Origin: an uncultured delta proteobacterium
Lineage (GTDB): Bacteria; Myxococcota_A; Polyangia; Fen-1088
Length of the DNA stretch: 64,000 bases
Assembly: GCA_963796685.1 (NCBI GenBank)
Contig: CAWCMR010000018.1
Coordinates: 29,288-93,287, forward strand
Reading direction: 5' to 3'
This document shows positions 53,380 to 62,739 of the stretch, in pieces. The position numbers and the translations under genes are program-made. Below the pieces are notes generated by a model. It did no database searches, was not told the origin of the DNA, and saw nothing but the letters and a program-made list of their open reading frames with translations. How positions within the stretch are numbered: position 1 is the first letter of the stretch; each line of letters begins with the position of its first letter.

Positions 53380-53473
53380 GGGACTCCTTCCGTCCGTGCG
53401 GGCGATTCGCGGGGGACGATGCCGGACCCTAAAATAACCCGGACAGGGAATTCGAGTAAAGGAAAGCGGCCGG

Positions 53474-54526
53474 CTAGCGTGCTTTGGCCAGAAGCGTCGC
53501 CGCGCCGAGGAGCATATCCTCGGTTTCTTCCCAACCGATGCAGCTGTCGGTGATGGATACGCCGTATTTCAGCGGCACGCCCTGCATCCAAGTTTGCTTG
53601 CCGGCGAAGAGATTGCTTTCGATCATGACCCCTAGGATCGCCTTTTGCCCGCTCGCGAAATTCTGCACGACTTCGGCGAAGACCGATCCCTGCTTGGTGT
53701 GATCCTTTCCGGAGTTGTCGTGCGAGCAATCCACCATCACCCCCCGCACCAGGCCCTCGTCGCCGACCGCCTTGGCCGCGATGGCGATGTCCTCGGGATG
53801 GTAGTTGGTGCCCGAGGTACCCCCGCGCAAGACGATATGCGCGTCCTCGTTGCCGAGGGTTTTGACCACCGCCGATATGCCGTCGGAGTTGATGCCCAGA
53901 AAAGCGTGCGCGTGACGAGCCGACATCATGGCGTTGATGGCGTTTTGCAGCGCCCCGTCGGTGCTGTTCTTGAAGCCGACGGGCATGGACAACCCGCTGG
54001 CCATTTGTCGGTGGACCTGGCTTTCCGTGGTGCGCGCGCCGATGGCGGCCCACGAAACCATGTCGGAAAGATAGTGTGGGACAACCGTGTCCAGGAACTC
54101 CGTCGCGCAAGGCAGGCCGAGGGCGGCGATGCGCAGCAGGACCTTGCGCGCCAGGGACAGGCCGTCGGAGATCTCGCACGAGCCATCGAGGTGCGGGTCG
54201 CTGACCAGTCCCTTCCATCCCACCACTGTGCGTGGCTTCTCGAAGTAGGTCCGCATGACGACGAGCAGGTGTTCTTGCGTCGCGGCGGCGACATTCTTGA
54301 GCCGCTGCGCGTAGGCAAACGCCGCCTCGGGATCGTGAATCGAGCACGGTCCGACCACGACCATGAGCCGGCGCTTGTCTTGCCCGTGAATCATCGCCGA
54401 GATGGCGGCACGGCTCGCGCGCACCATTTCACGGATCTCTTCGGTCGGAGGCAGCTCTTCTTCGAGCTGGCGGGGCGTGACGAGGGGCGCGAACTCGGCG
54501 ATGCGTAGGTTCTTGGTCTGCAACAT
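53474..54526 (-). CDS. DAHP synthase class I-alpha (AroF/G/H type)
   Basis: VVGPCSIHD, RTYFEKPRT..GWKG, IGARTTESQVHR, VDCSHDNS, SITDSC. Confidence 0.97.
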   Translation of the reverse strand: MLQTKNLRIAEFAPLVTPRQLEEELPPTEEIREMVRASRAAISAMIHGQDKRRLMVVVGPCSIHDPEAAFAYAQRLKNVAAATQEHLLVVMRTYFEKPRTVVGWKGLVSDPHLDGSCEISDGLSLARKVLLRIAALGLPCATEFLDTVVPHYLSDMVSWAAIGARTTESQVHRQMASGLSMPVGFKNSTDGALQNAINAMMSARHAHAFLGINSDGISAVVKTLGNEDAHIVLRGGTSGTNYHPEDIAIAAKAVGDEGLVRGVMVDCSHDNSGKDHTKQGSVFAEVVQNFASGQKAILGVMIESNLFAGKQTWMQGVPLKYGVSITDSCIGWEETEDMLLGAATLLAKAR

Positions 54527-54543
54527 GGGAGCTTCCTTTTCCG

Positions 54544-54580
54544 AAAAACGAAAAAGGCCCTGAGGGTTGCTCAGGGCCTT
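54544..54580 (-). terminator. Attenuator terminator
   Basis: Minus strand AAGGCCCTGAG-caacc-CTCAGGGCCTT-TTTCGTTTTT, just upstream of the DAHP synthase RBS. Confidence 0.9.
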
Positions 54581-54604
54581 GGATGACTGCGATGCAAGCG
54601 TTGC

Positions 54605-54679
54605 TTAGGCGAGTCCCCACGGCCCTGGCTTCCACCAGGTATAGCAAAAATAGCCGAAGAACGCGGGGTGACGCTGCAT
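54605..54679 (-). CDS. Aromatic-rich leader peptide MQRHPAFFGYFCYTWWKPGPWGLA
   Basis: 24 aa with 3 Phe, 2 Tyr and 3 Trp, between the promoter and the terminator; below the ORF-track cutoff. Confidence 0.85.
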   Translation of the reverse strand: MQRHPAFFGYFCYTWWKPGPWGLA

Positions 54680-54691
54680 GGGAACCCGGCT

Positions 54692-54719
54692 ACGTTACCA
54701 CGTGCTCGGGCGCGGTCAA
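54692..54719 (-). promoter_or_regulatory. Sigma-70-type promoter of the leader-DAHP synthase unit
   Basis: TTGACC-N16-TAACGT with an extended -10 TG. Confidence 0.65.
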
Positions 54720-54728
54720 CTGGCGACA

Positions 54729-55772
54729 TCAGTCCGATTCGGGAAGCTCCTCGGCCAGACCGGTTTCCCGGCGTACGAAGTAGTCGACCACCAACCCCTC
54801 CTTGAGCGCGCTTTCGCAGATGAGCGCGTGCTCGTGTCCGACGAGCTCGAGCAGGGTGCGCAGCATGATCGTGCCAGGGACCACGGTGTCGGCCCGCATG
54901 GCCCCCACGCCCGGCATCGCGGCCCGCTCCGCCGGCGTGGCCGCCAGCAACCTCTGCTCGAGCGCACGTAGGTTGTCGAGCCTCAGCACCAGGTGACGGC
55001 CCATACCCTCGCCGGAGCGCCCGCGCGCATCCGCCACCTTCTCGGCATTACCCTCGGCCATGCGGGCCACTGCCAAGGCGGTACCCGAGGTGAAGGTGAC
55101 GAAATCGAAACCCACCTTGAGCATCTGGCGGACCGCGGGTTGAACCACGGCGCGAACACGGGTCTCGGCGGTCAGCAGCTCCTTGCGATCCGGCGGCTTT
55201 TCGAAGTTGCACAGCTCGCGCAGGCGCAGCACGCCCGTGCGCAGCGAGGTGGCAAACAGACAGTCCTTGATATCGCCCACCAGGGCCTTGATCGAGCCGC
55301 CGCCGACGTCGACCAGCGCGAATTTTCCCGCGCCGAGGTCGAGAGCCTGGCGCGCGCCCCAATAGATGAGGGTGGCTTCCTTGACCGGGTCCAGCACCTC
55401 CACCGAAAGCCCGACCTCGCGCGCCACCGTGTGCACGAAGTCCGAGCCGTTGCGGGCCTCGCGAATCGCGCTGGTGGCCACCGCCACCGTGCTCTCCGGC
55501 GCGAAGCCCTCGGCAATCTTGCGCAACTTGATGAGCCCGTCGAGCCCGCGCTGAAAGGAAGAGAAGGGAATGAATCCCTCGCGCAGGGACTCCTCGCCCA
55601 AGCGGACCATCTCCTGACCGCGCGCCAATTCGACCAGGCCGCCCGCTCCGTCGGATTCGGCGACCAGCAGGTGAAACGAGTTGGATCCCAGGTCGTAGGC
55701 GGCCACGCGGGGGCGATTTCCCCGCTGCTCCTCCGTGGAGGCGCCACCGCGCAAGAACTTCAGTCCGGGCAT
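54729..55772 (-). CDS. Ppx/GppA phosphatase (short form, no HD domain)
   Basis: DLGSNSFHL, VRLG, VATSAIREARN, DVGGGS, RAD, LKEG. Confidence 0.9.
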   Translation of the reverse strand: MPGLKFLRGGASTEEQRGNRPRVAAYDLGSNSFHLLVAESDGAGGLVELARGQEMVRLGEESLREGFIPFSSFQRGLDGLIKLRKIAEGFAPESTVAVATSAIREARNGSDFVHTVAREVGLSVEVLDPVKEATLIYWGARQALDLGAGKFALVDVGGGSIKALVGDIKDCLFATSLRTGVLRLRELCNFEKPPDRKELLTAETRVRAVVQPAVRQMLKVGFDFVTFTSGTALAVARMAEGNAEKVADARGRSGEGMGRHLVLRLDNLRALEQRLLAATPAERAAMPGVGAMRADTVVPGTIMLRTLLELVGHEHALICESALKEGLVVDYFVRRETGLAEELPESD

Positions 55773-55813
55773 GGGCGAGTTTGTATCACCGCCCGGCGGC
55801 GATGCGAGCCCCA

Positions 55814-58183
55814 TCAGTGCGAATTCTTCCACGCAATGCGCTGCAGGAAATCCCGGGCGCGCAGCCGGTCAGCCTCGCGCTCGGCGTGCTCGGCGAGCCA
55901 GGTATACGCCGTGCGGGCGGTGACGAGGTCGCCTGCCAGATAGGCGGATTCGCCGAGCAGGCGACGGCACTCTTTGAAAAAGAGGGGGTCGAGGGGAAGC
56001 GGCTTGCCACCGCCGGCGAGGGGACAAGCCTCGGCCAGTTGGGGCATTGCGAGCGTCGCATCGCGCCCGGCCAGTTGTCGACCGACGAGGTAGGGGCCCA
56101 GAGCCTCGTCGGGGAACTGGCGCGCGAAGTCGGTGACGAGGTACACGACGAGCCCGGCGTCGAGAGGGCGACCGCGCTCGTCACCGAAGAGGACGCGCCC
56201 AAGGGTTGCTCGCGCCTTCTCGTCCGCGAGCGCGCGCAGCTTGGCCCTGGCCGTCCGCACCTCACCATCCTCGGTGGCGGCCTGCTCGACCTGGACGAGC
56301 GCAGCCCGCGCCTCGGCCAGGCGCCCGGCGCGGAAGTCGATGCCGGCTTCTAGCGCGGCGGCGCGCTCACGCAAGGGACGGGTCAGCGTGCCCGAATCCT
56401 CTGCCGCGGCGAGGGTGGCGAGGGCCCGGTCGGCCTCGCCCGCCGCCACCTGTGCCTCGGCGAGATCCAGGCGAAACGTCGGTTCGCCCGGATCGTCGGC
56501 GCACGCGCTCGACAAGAGCGCGACCGAGTCGCCTGGCGCTGTCCTCAGTCGGCTGCGCGCCTCGGACACCCGCGCGGCCAGCTCGCGCGCGCAGACCTTG
56601 TGGAAGATCGCCGGGCGGCGGAAGGTCTCTTCGGCTTCGGCGAGGCCGCTCGGGTCGAGCGGCAAGGTGGAGAGAAACGCCCGCCAGTCCTTTTCCAGCG
56701 ACGTCAGGTCGCGTCCGTACACGCGCGGAAAATCGCCGGCCGAGCGGTAGAGCGCGCGCAGCTTCTCCGCGCCGAAGCGGTCGAGGAGAAAGCGGCAGAA
56801 CGATCCGGCGATGGTATAGGCGCGTGGGCCCGACTCGAAGGTGAAACCCGCGCCGAGCGCACGCCGGAGCTCGGGCGCCTTGCCGAGCGCGAGCATGGCC
56901 GCGGCCTCCTGGTGCAGGGTCGAGCGCCCCTCGGGGTCGTCGAAGTCGGCCGCCTCGGCCACGCCCTCGACCAGCCCGCTGGCCAGGGTGGGCCAGGGGA
57001 TCGGTCCCACGAAATGCCAGGCCAGCGACACGCCGAACAGCGGGTCGCCGAACGCCGACGCGAACACGTGGGCCAGCTCGTGGCGCAGATGCTGTGCGGG
57101 GAAGCGGTCGGCTTGCATGAAGATCTCCCGCGTCCACGGCTTGGCATAGAGCGTGTTTCCCGCGCCCACAGCATCCTTCTTTGCGGCCGCCGAAGGGAAT
57201 CGATACACGGTGATGGGTAGCCGCGGCTCGACGCCGAGGATGTGCACCAGTTGCTGGTAGCGGAACTCCAGATCCTGCTCGGCGAGGCCGATGTCGGCAT
57301 CGCTCTCCGCCGCAGGATCGTTGTACAGGACGAAGTGCCGCGTGCGTGTCTCGCGTGGCAACAGCCGTTCCAGGTCGGCGCGGCTGACCTCGAATCCGAG
57401 CGCGCCGCGCGCCTCGAACCAAGCCGCGGAAGCGGCGACCAGCGCCAGGGCGATGATTCCTCGCCGCCATGTGCGTACAAGGCCGGCAAGGGGGCGCAAG
57501 GTCAGGCGCAAGCCATGGGGTGACTCGCGGCACAGCCATTGGGCCAGAACGATGGCGGTGGCGAGCCAGGTCAGGTTGGCCAGTCGGAACCACAGAAGCC
57601 GCAGCGGGGGTCGCAGCGCCTCGTCGTAGATGGGCCCAGGGAAGAATCCGGCGAACGGATCGTAGGCGAAGACGGCAGGGTCGCGATACAGCCGCACGAG
57701 CGCCCAGACCACGGAAATCACGGGCAGAGCGAAGGCCGCCAACCTGCCGCTGCGACGGCCGGGAATGGCGCAGGAGATGGCGGCGCCCGTGCCCGCCGCA
57801 AAGGCTCCCGTGGACACGGGCAAGAGCGCGAAGAAGGCAAGCCCCGCGTCGACATTGCAGTTTTGCACGCGCAGGGCGTTGGCCAGGGAGAGCAGGAGGG
57901 GCAGCACGAGGATCGCCCAGGTGGCCACGACGGCCTTGGCCGCGACTTGCACGGGCGAAACCGGGCGCCCGCTTCGCCGGGCCGCGCTGACGGTGCCATG
58001 GCCGATATCGACCCCGGCCAGCGCGGTAAGAAGGCCGATGGCGAAGGCAAAGTCGAAGCCGAGCACGTTGAAAAGCGGCACGAAGTCGAGCAATGCAGCA
58101 AGCAGAACGAGCGCGCCCGCCCAAAAGAGCGTCCGCCAGCCGTAACGAATGTTGATCCAGGCCACCGTGCGTGCGAGGCTCAT
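55814..58183 (-). CDS. Multi-TM protein with zincin-like (HExxH) domain and TPR-like C-terminus
   Basis: About 7 TM segments; LRHELAHVF..EGVAEA; helical repeats. Confidence 0.7.
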   Translation of the reverse strand: MSLARTVAWINIRYGWRTLFWAGALVLLAALLDFVPLFNVLGFDFAFAIGLLTALAGVDIGHGTVSAARRSGRPVSPVQVAAKAVVATWAILVLPLLLSLANALRVQNCNVDAGLAFFALLPVSTGAFAAGTGAAISCAIPGRRSGRLAAFALPVISVVWALVRLYRDPAVFAYDPFAGFFPGPIYDEALRPPLRLLWFRLANLTWLATAIVLAQWLCRESPHGLRLTLRPLAGLVRTWRRGIIALALVAASAAWFEARGALGFEVSRADLERLLPRETRTRHFVLYNDPAAESDADIGLAEQDLEFRYQQLVHILGVEPRLPITVYRFPSAAAKKDAVGAGNTLYAKPWTREIFMQADRFPAQHLRHELAHVFASAFGDPLFGVSLAWHFVGPIPWPTLASGLVEGVAEAADFDDPEGRSTLHQEAAAMLALGKAPELRRALGAGFTFESGPRAYTIAGSFCRFLLDRFGAEKLRALYRSAGDFPRVYGRDLTSLEKDWRAFLSTLPLDPSGLAEAEETFRRPAIFHKVCARELAARVSEARSRLRTAPGDSVALLSSACADDPGEPTFRLDLAEAQVAAGEADRALATLAAAEDSGTLTRPLRERAAALEAGIDFRAGRLAEARAALVQVEQAATEDGEVRTARAKLRALADEKARATLGRVLFGDERGRPLDAGLVVYLVTDFARQFPDEALGPYLVGRQLAGRDATLAMPQLAEACPLAGGGKPLPLDPLFFKECRRLLGESAYLAGDLVTARTAYTWLAEHAEREADRLRARDFLQRIAWKNSH

Positions 58184-58196
58184 GGCGAGGTTGAGG

Positions 58197-58622
58197 ATGC
58201 CCCAGTCTTCCGATCGTCGCCAGCAGCATCGGGCTCCCATCGAGCTTCGGGTGGAATACCAGCGTCTGAATCGTTTTTTCTATGACTACACCAAGAATAT
58301 TTCGATGGGCGGTACCTTCATCAAGACCAACAAGCCGCTCGATGTCGGCACCGAGTTTCTGTTCAAGCTCATGATCCCCACGTTGCCCGAGCCGCTGGTC
58401 TTGCGCGGGGACGTGCGTTGGATCCTCCACGAGGGGGAAACGCGGATCGGGGAAGGCCCCGACGGGGCGGACGAGCCCGGCATGGGCATTCGCTTCATCT
58501 ACGAAGACGACGACCAGCGCGCCGAGGTCGAGCGCGAGGTCGAGCGTCTGATGGTGGGCAGCCTGGGACCGAAGATCTACGCCAGCCTTCATCGCGTGCG
58601 CGACCGGAAGAAAAAGCCGTAG
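58197..58622 (+). CDS. PilZ domain protein (TIGR02266-like)
   Basis: RRQQHR, NISMGGTFI, PGMGIRF. Confidence 0.9.
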   Translation: MPQSSDRRQQHRAPIELRVEYQRLNRFFYDYTKNISMGGTFIKTNKPLDVGTEFLFKLMIPTLPEPLVLRGDVRWILHEGETRIGEGPDGADEPGMGIRFIYEDDDQRAEVEREVERLMVGSLGPKIYASLHRVRDRKKKP

Positions 58623-58642
58623 CTCCGCGATAGCGGCAGAAT

Positions 58643-58768
58643 GTCGTGGTCGTGGCCGTCATCGTGGGCGTGGCCGGAGTGATCATGTTCGGCCACGGCC
58701 ACGGCCACGGCCACGGCTACGGGCACGGCCACGGCTACGGCTGCGGCTACGACCGCGGCTGCGGCTAC
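58643..58768. repeat. Hexamer-periodic inverted repeat
   Basis: GTCGTG/GCCGT-type units followed by about 12 CACGGC/TACGGC units; hairpin-forming; between convergent genes. Confidence 0.75.
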
Positions 58769-58780
58769 CGAACGTGCCTG

Positions 58781-59497
58781 TCAGGGCGCTCGGGTCAGGG
58801 TCTCGAGGGTCAAGCTGCCCGGTCCGCCACGTGCGACGAGAACTTTCGCGGCCATGTCGAAGAAGAGGCCGGTCTCGAGCACGCCAGGCATGGCGTGCAG
58901 GGACTGGTCCACCGTGCGTAGGTTCGCACCGGCGGCGAAGCGTACGTCGAGCACGAGCGCGCCGTTGTCGGTCACCACGGGGCCGTCCTTGCGAAGGGCG
59001 AGACGGAGGACCGGGTCGCCGCCCAGATTGCGAATGGCGCGTTCGACGTAGCTGCGCGCCGAGGGCAAGACCTCGACGGGAATGGCGAACGTGCTTCCGA
59101 GGCGGCCAACCAGCTTGGACTCGTCCACCGCAATCACGAATTCCTTGGCCATGGCGGCCACGATCTTTTCCCGCGTATGCGAGGCGCCGCCACCCTTGAT
59201 CAGGTCGAGATGGGGGTCGACCTCGTCGGCTCCGTCGATGGCCAGATCCAGGCTGGCGGTGTCCTGCATGTCGCGCACGGAAATGCCCAGCTCCAGGCAC
59301 AGAAGGCGTGACTGGAAGGAGGTGGGAACGACGGTGAGCTCGAGACCTTCCTCGCGCACCCGCCGCCCCAGCTCTTCGATCATGAACGCGATGGTGGAAC
59401 CCGTGCCCATGCCGGCCACCATCCCGTCTTGGATCAATCGCGCGGCCGCGACGGCGACGAACTTCTTGCCCTCGGAATGGCTCAGTGGATTCTTCAT
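58781..59497 (-). CDS. rpiA: Ribose-5-phosphate isomerase A
   Basis: GMGTGST, DGADEVD, KGGGA, REKIV, VTDNG, GVLETGLF. Confidence 0.96.
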   Translation of the reverse strand: MKNPLSHSEGKKFVAVAAARLIQDGMVAGMGTGSTIAFMIEELGRRVREEGLELTVVPTSFQSRLLCLELGISVRDMQDTASLDLAIDGADEVDPHLDLIKGGGASHTREKIVAAMAKEFVIAVDESKLVGRLGSTFAIPVEVLPSARSYVERAIRNLGGDPVLRLALRKDGPVVTDNGALVLDVRFAAGANLRTVDQSLHAMPGVLETGLFFDMAAKVLVARGGPGSLTLETLTRAP

Positions 59498-61017
59498 GCT
59501 CGCCTCCGCAGCTTGAGGATCTTGGAGAGCTTCTCGCGGTCGGTGGCGCCGAATTCGCGTAGCAGCGCCAGGGCAGCGGCGAACGCGATGCCCGCCACGG
59601 CGGTCGCGGCCAGACCGGCCATCTTCCCCTGGCCCGGCATCACGCGCCCAAGTCCCGTGGCCAGGATGGCCGAGGCAGCCACGCGCAGCACGGACAGCAG
59701 CGGCGGCAAGGCGTCGAAGCGGCGCCACAGGTACACGAGCGCGGCCACCAGCCCCGCCAACATCCCGAGGGCGGTGGCGAGCGCGGCGGCGGTCAGCATG
59801 GCGGGGCCGGGCGCGGTACCGGGCACGATGGCAAAGGCCAGGGCGCTGCCGACCCCGAGGGTCAGCGCGACCAGCACCACGGCGACATCGGGGCGGCCGG
59901 AGGCGGTGACGATGGAGCCGGCGATGGAGAGCAGCGCCAGGGCTACGATGCCGGCGGCCAGGATGGGCAGGGCCTGCGCGCCCACGCCGAAAGCCTTGGG
60001 GTAGAGGATGGCGAGCAGGGCGGCCGGTCGCGCGCTCAGCGCGACCGCGAGCGCAACACCCAGAATCAGGGCGTAGCGCAAGGTCTGGCGGACGTAGGCG
60101 GCCGTGGCCTCGCGATCCGCCGCGAAGGTGGTGCGCGACACCAGTGGGAAGACGACGAAGGTGACGACGAGCAAGGCCTGGTAAGGAAGGAGCGCGAGGT
60201 TGCGCACGGCCTCGTAGGCGCCGGCCAGGGCGTCGGCGGGCGCGCCGGCCACCGCCGCGCCGGCGAAGCGCCGGAGCAGAAGCAGATCGTAGTTGAGGGC
60301 AAGATTGATGAGCAGCGTGTAGGCCACGACGCCGACCATGAACGCGACCAGGCGCGGGGCCGGAAAGGTCTGTTGCCCCGCTCGCGTGCCGATGGTGCGG
60401 ACGGCGACGAGCAAGATGATCAGGGCCGCCGCGATGAAGCCGACGAAGGCGCCGGCCACGGAATGACCGAGCATGCGGCCGACCACGGCACCGGCCAGCA
60501 GCAGGATGGTCTTGGCGGTGGAGAAACCGACGTCGAAGCCGGCCTGAAGATGAAACTTGCGCAAGCCGTTGGCGGTGCCCACGTACACCGCGTAGAAGGC
60601 GTAGACGAGCGGGATGGCGGCGGCTAGACGAAAGAGCGAGACGTGCTCCGGCGCCTTGACGAAGCGGGCGATAGCCGGCGCGGCCAGGACAAAGCCCCCG
60701 GCGACGAGCAGCCCCAGCACGGCCTGCATCTTGAGACCGGCACGCTGGACGGCGCCCGCGCGGGCATCGTCCTCGGCGGTGAACTTGGATACCGACTGGA
60801 TGGTTCCCTGGACCATGGTGTTGTTCATCGTCGAGATGGCGTTGTTCACCACCGAGAAGGCGCCGTATTCCGCGGCGCTGACCACGCGGGCGAGGAGCAC
60901 CCGCTGCAAGAAACCGGCGACCATGAAGAAGGATTTGGCGAAGCCGATGAAAAGAGCGCCACGGCCGGCCTCGACGGCGCGATCCGGGCGGGAAGGTTGT
61001 GCGTTGCTTTCGGTCAC
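59494..61017 (-). CDS. MOP-superfamily flippase (polysaccharide/MurJ-like)
   Basis: About 14 hydrophobic segments; LLARV..EYG; FPLVS; GTG start at 61017. Confidence 0.75.
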   Translation of the reverse strand: MTESNAQPSRPDRAVEAGRGALFIGFAKSFFMVAGFLQRVLLARVVSAAEYGAFSVVNNAISTMNNTMVQGTIQSVSKFTAEDDARAGAVQRAGLKMQAVLGLLVAGGFVLAAPAIARFVKAPEHVSLFRLAAAIPLVYAFYAVYVGTANGLRKFHLQAGFDVGFSTAKTILLLAGAVVGRMLGHSVAGAFVGFIAAALIILLVAVRTIGTRAGQQTFPAPRLVAFMVGVVAYTLLINLALNYDLLLLRRFAGAAVAGAPADALAGAYEAVRNLALLPYQALLVVTFVVFPLVSRTTFAADREATAAYVRQTLRYALILGVALAVALSARPAALLAILYPKAFGVGAQALPILAAGIVALALLSIAGSIVTASGRPDVAVVLVALTLGVGSALAFAIVPGTAPGPAMLTAAALATALGMLAGLVAALVYLWRRFDALPPLLSVLRVAASAILATGLGRVMPGQGKMAGLAATAVAGIAFAAALALLREFGATDREKLSKILKLRRRA

Positions 61018-61028
61018 GGGGGCGCAGA

Positions 61029-61994
61029 CTACTTCGTCCAGGTTGCATGTGCGAGTGCTTCGATGCGCTCGATGCCTTCGGCAAGCTGCGCGCTGGACAG
61101 CTCGAGGGTGGCGCGCACGCTGGCGCCGTCGGCGGCCAGATGCACGGCCTCGAGATAGGGCGCGAGCCCACGCACCAGCATGTCGGGATGGCGCTTGGCC
61201 TGGTTCAGATAGACGCCGAGCCGGCGGGCCAGCACGACGGCGTCCGCCGTGCTCGACAATTCGGCGACCCCTCGGGCGCGTGCTCCAAGGGGCAGATCCA
61301 GGGAGCCCCACACGCGGGTGATGGAGGCGACGTCGGGGAAGCGTTGCTCCTGGATGAGCTGGCGCCGCACGGCAGCCGGAACGATCGCGGCAAACCAGAG
61401 ACCGTGGTCGGGCGCGGCGCGTGCGCACAATCGCCGCAGCTCTGCATTGTCGGCGGCGCTCGCAGTCAGCTTCTCGGCACGGTCGAGGGCCGACATGGGG
61501 CCTTTCCACGCTCCCTGGCTGATGACGATTTGATGGTGGTCGCGGATCAAAACCGAGGCGTTCTCGCCCAGCCGCGCGCGCAGCCACGCGGCCGTCCGCG
61601 CTTCGTCCGGGATATCCGCATCCGCGATGAGCGCCAGACGGTCGTCGTGCTGTCGCTCGGCGGGTAGGGCGACGGCAAGTCGGTGAAGCTGCCGGGTCGG
61701 ATCGATGCCCGCGCCCATGGCCAGGCTGTCGAGATAGGGCTTGGCGTCCCTGGCCAGGGCTGAAACGAGCATGCTCCAGACGGCTTGACCGCGTAGGCGA
61801 TCCAGGTCGAGCGAGAGCACCATCTCGGCTTCGGCGGGCACCCGCTGCAGGACCGCCGTGGTCCACGCCACCGCGGGAGGTTCCTCTTTTCCCGCGACAT
61901 CGCTTGGCGTGCGTTTGCAGCCCGACGCGCAGGCCAGCGCCAGGGTGACAAGGACCGCGGTGGCGCGGGCGTGAGGAATGGAATGTGCTCGCAA
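61029..61994 (-). CDS. Hypothetical lipoprotein
   Basis: Lipobox LALACASGC after a probable TTG start at 61994; same strand as the flippase. Confidence 0.6.
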   Translation of the reverse strand: MRAHSIPHARATAVLVTLALACASGCKRTPSDVAGKEEPPAVAWTTAVLQRVPAEAEMVLSLDLDRLRGQAVWSMLVSALARDAKPYLDSLAMGAGIDPTRQLHRLAVALPAERQHDDRLALIADADIPDEARTAAWLRARLGENASVLIRDHHQIVISQGAWKGPMSALDRAEKLTASAADNAELRRLCARAAPDHGLWFAAIVPAAVRRQLIQEQRFPDVASITRVWGSLDLPLGARARGVAELSSTADAVVLARRLGVYLNQAKRHPDMLVRGLAPYLEAVHLAADGASVRATLELSSAQLAEGIERIEALAHATWTK

Positions 61995-62037
61995 GTGGAA
62001 ACTCGAAACGAAATCAAGCAATGTTAGCCCCTGAACG

Positions 62038-62739
62038 ATGACTTGGTCACGGATGAGCTTCAAAGGGCAAGTGGTATGGGTGCGCGCGGACGACGGGGGC
62101 CGGCCCGTGCTTGACGCCGATGGGCGGGCCGAGATGAAATACCGGGAAAGCGACACGCGCAGCTACCGGCCGTTGCCGCAGAATCTCGGGCCGGCTACGG
62201 CTCGGGCCGCTGACGCCACTCAACCCGCGGCTCGGCCGGCCCCGCGCAAGCCGCGAGGAGAAAAGCCGGCATCTCCGTCGCCCTCGTCGTCGCACGCGTC
62301 GGCACACGCGTCGGCATCGTCCTCGCAAGCCGTGCACGTGTGGACCGACGGCGCGTGCTCCGGAAACCCGGGTCCCATGGGCATCGGCATCGTGGTGGTG
62401 GCGGGTGACCGGCGCAAGGAGCATGGCGAGTACCTGGGGCGTGGCACCAACAACATCGCCGAGCTCACGGCCATCCGCCGCGGCCTGGAGATCGCGTCGG
62501 AGCTCGTCTCCGGCCAAGACCGCCCGATCCGGGTGTACACCGATTCGAGCTATTCCATCGGCCTGCTTTCCCAGGGCTGGAAGGCCAAGGCCAATCAGGA
62601 GCTGGTCGCCGAGATTCGCGAGTTTCTGCGCGGCTTCCGCAACCTGCGCATGATCAAGGTCGAGGGCCACGCGGGCGTGCCCGAGAACGAACGGTGCGAC
62701 CTCCTGGCCCGCCAGGCGGTCGCCCAGAATCGCTACTGA
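62038..62739 (+). CDS. rnhA: Ribonuclease HI with extra N-terminal domain
   Basis: WTDGACSGNPGP, TNNIAEL, YTDSSY, KVEGHAG..NERCD. Confidence 0.92.
   Translation: MTWSRMSFKGQVVWVRADDGGRPVLDADGRAEMKYRESDTRSYRPLPQNLGPATARAADATQPAARPAPRKPRGEKPASPSPSSSHASAHASASSSQAVHVWTDGACSGNPGPMGIGIVVVAGDRRKEHGEYLGRGTNNIAELTAIRRGLEIASELVSGQDRPIRVYTDSSYSIGLLSQGWKAKANQELVAEIREFLRGFRNLRMIKVEGHAGVPENERCDLLARQAVAQNRY

Noticed and set aside
58646-58921. His/Gly-rich metal-binding peptide ORF (GHGHGHGYG)
   Set aside because: By-product of the hexamer repeat; overlaps rpiA antisense and has no clear RBS.
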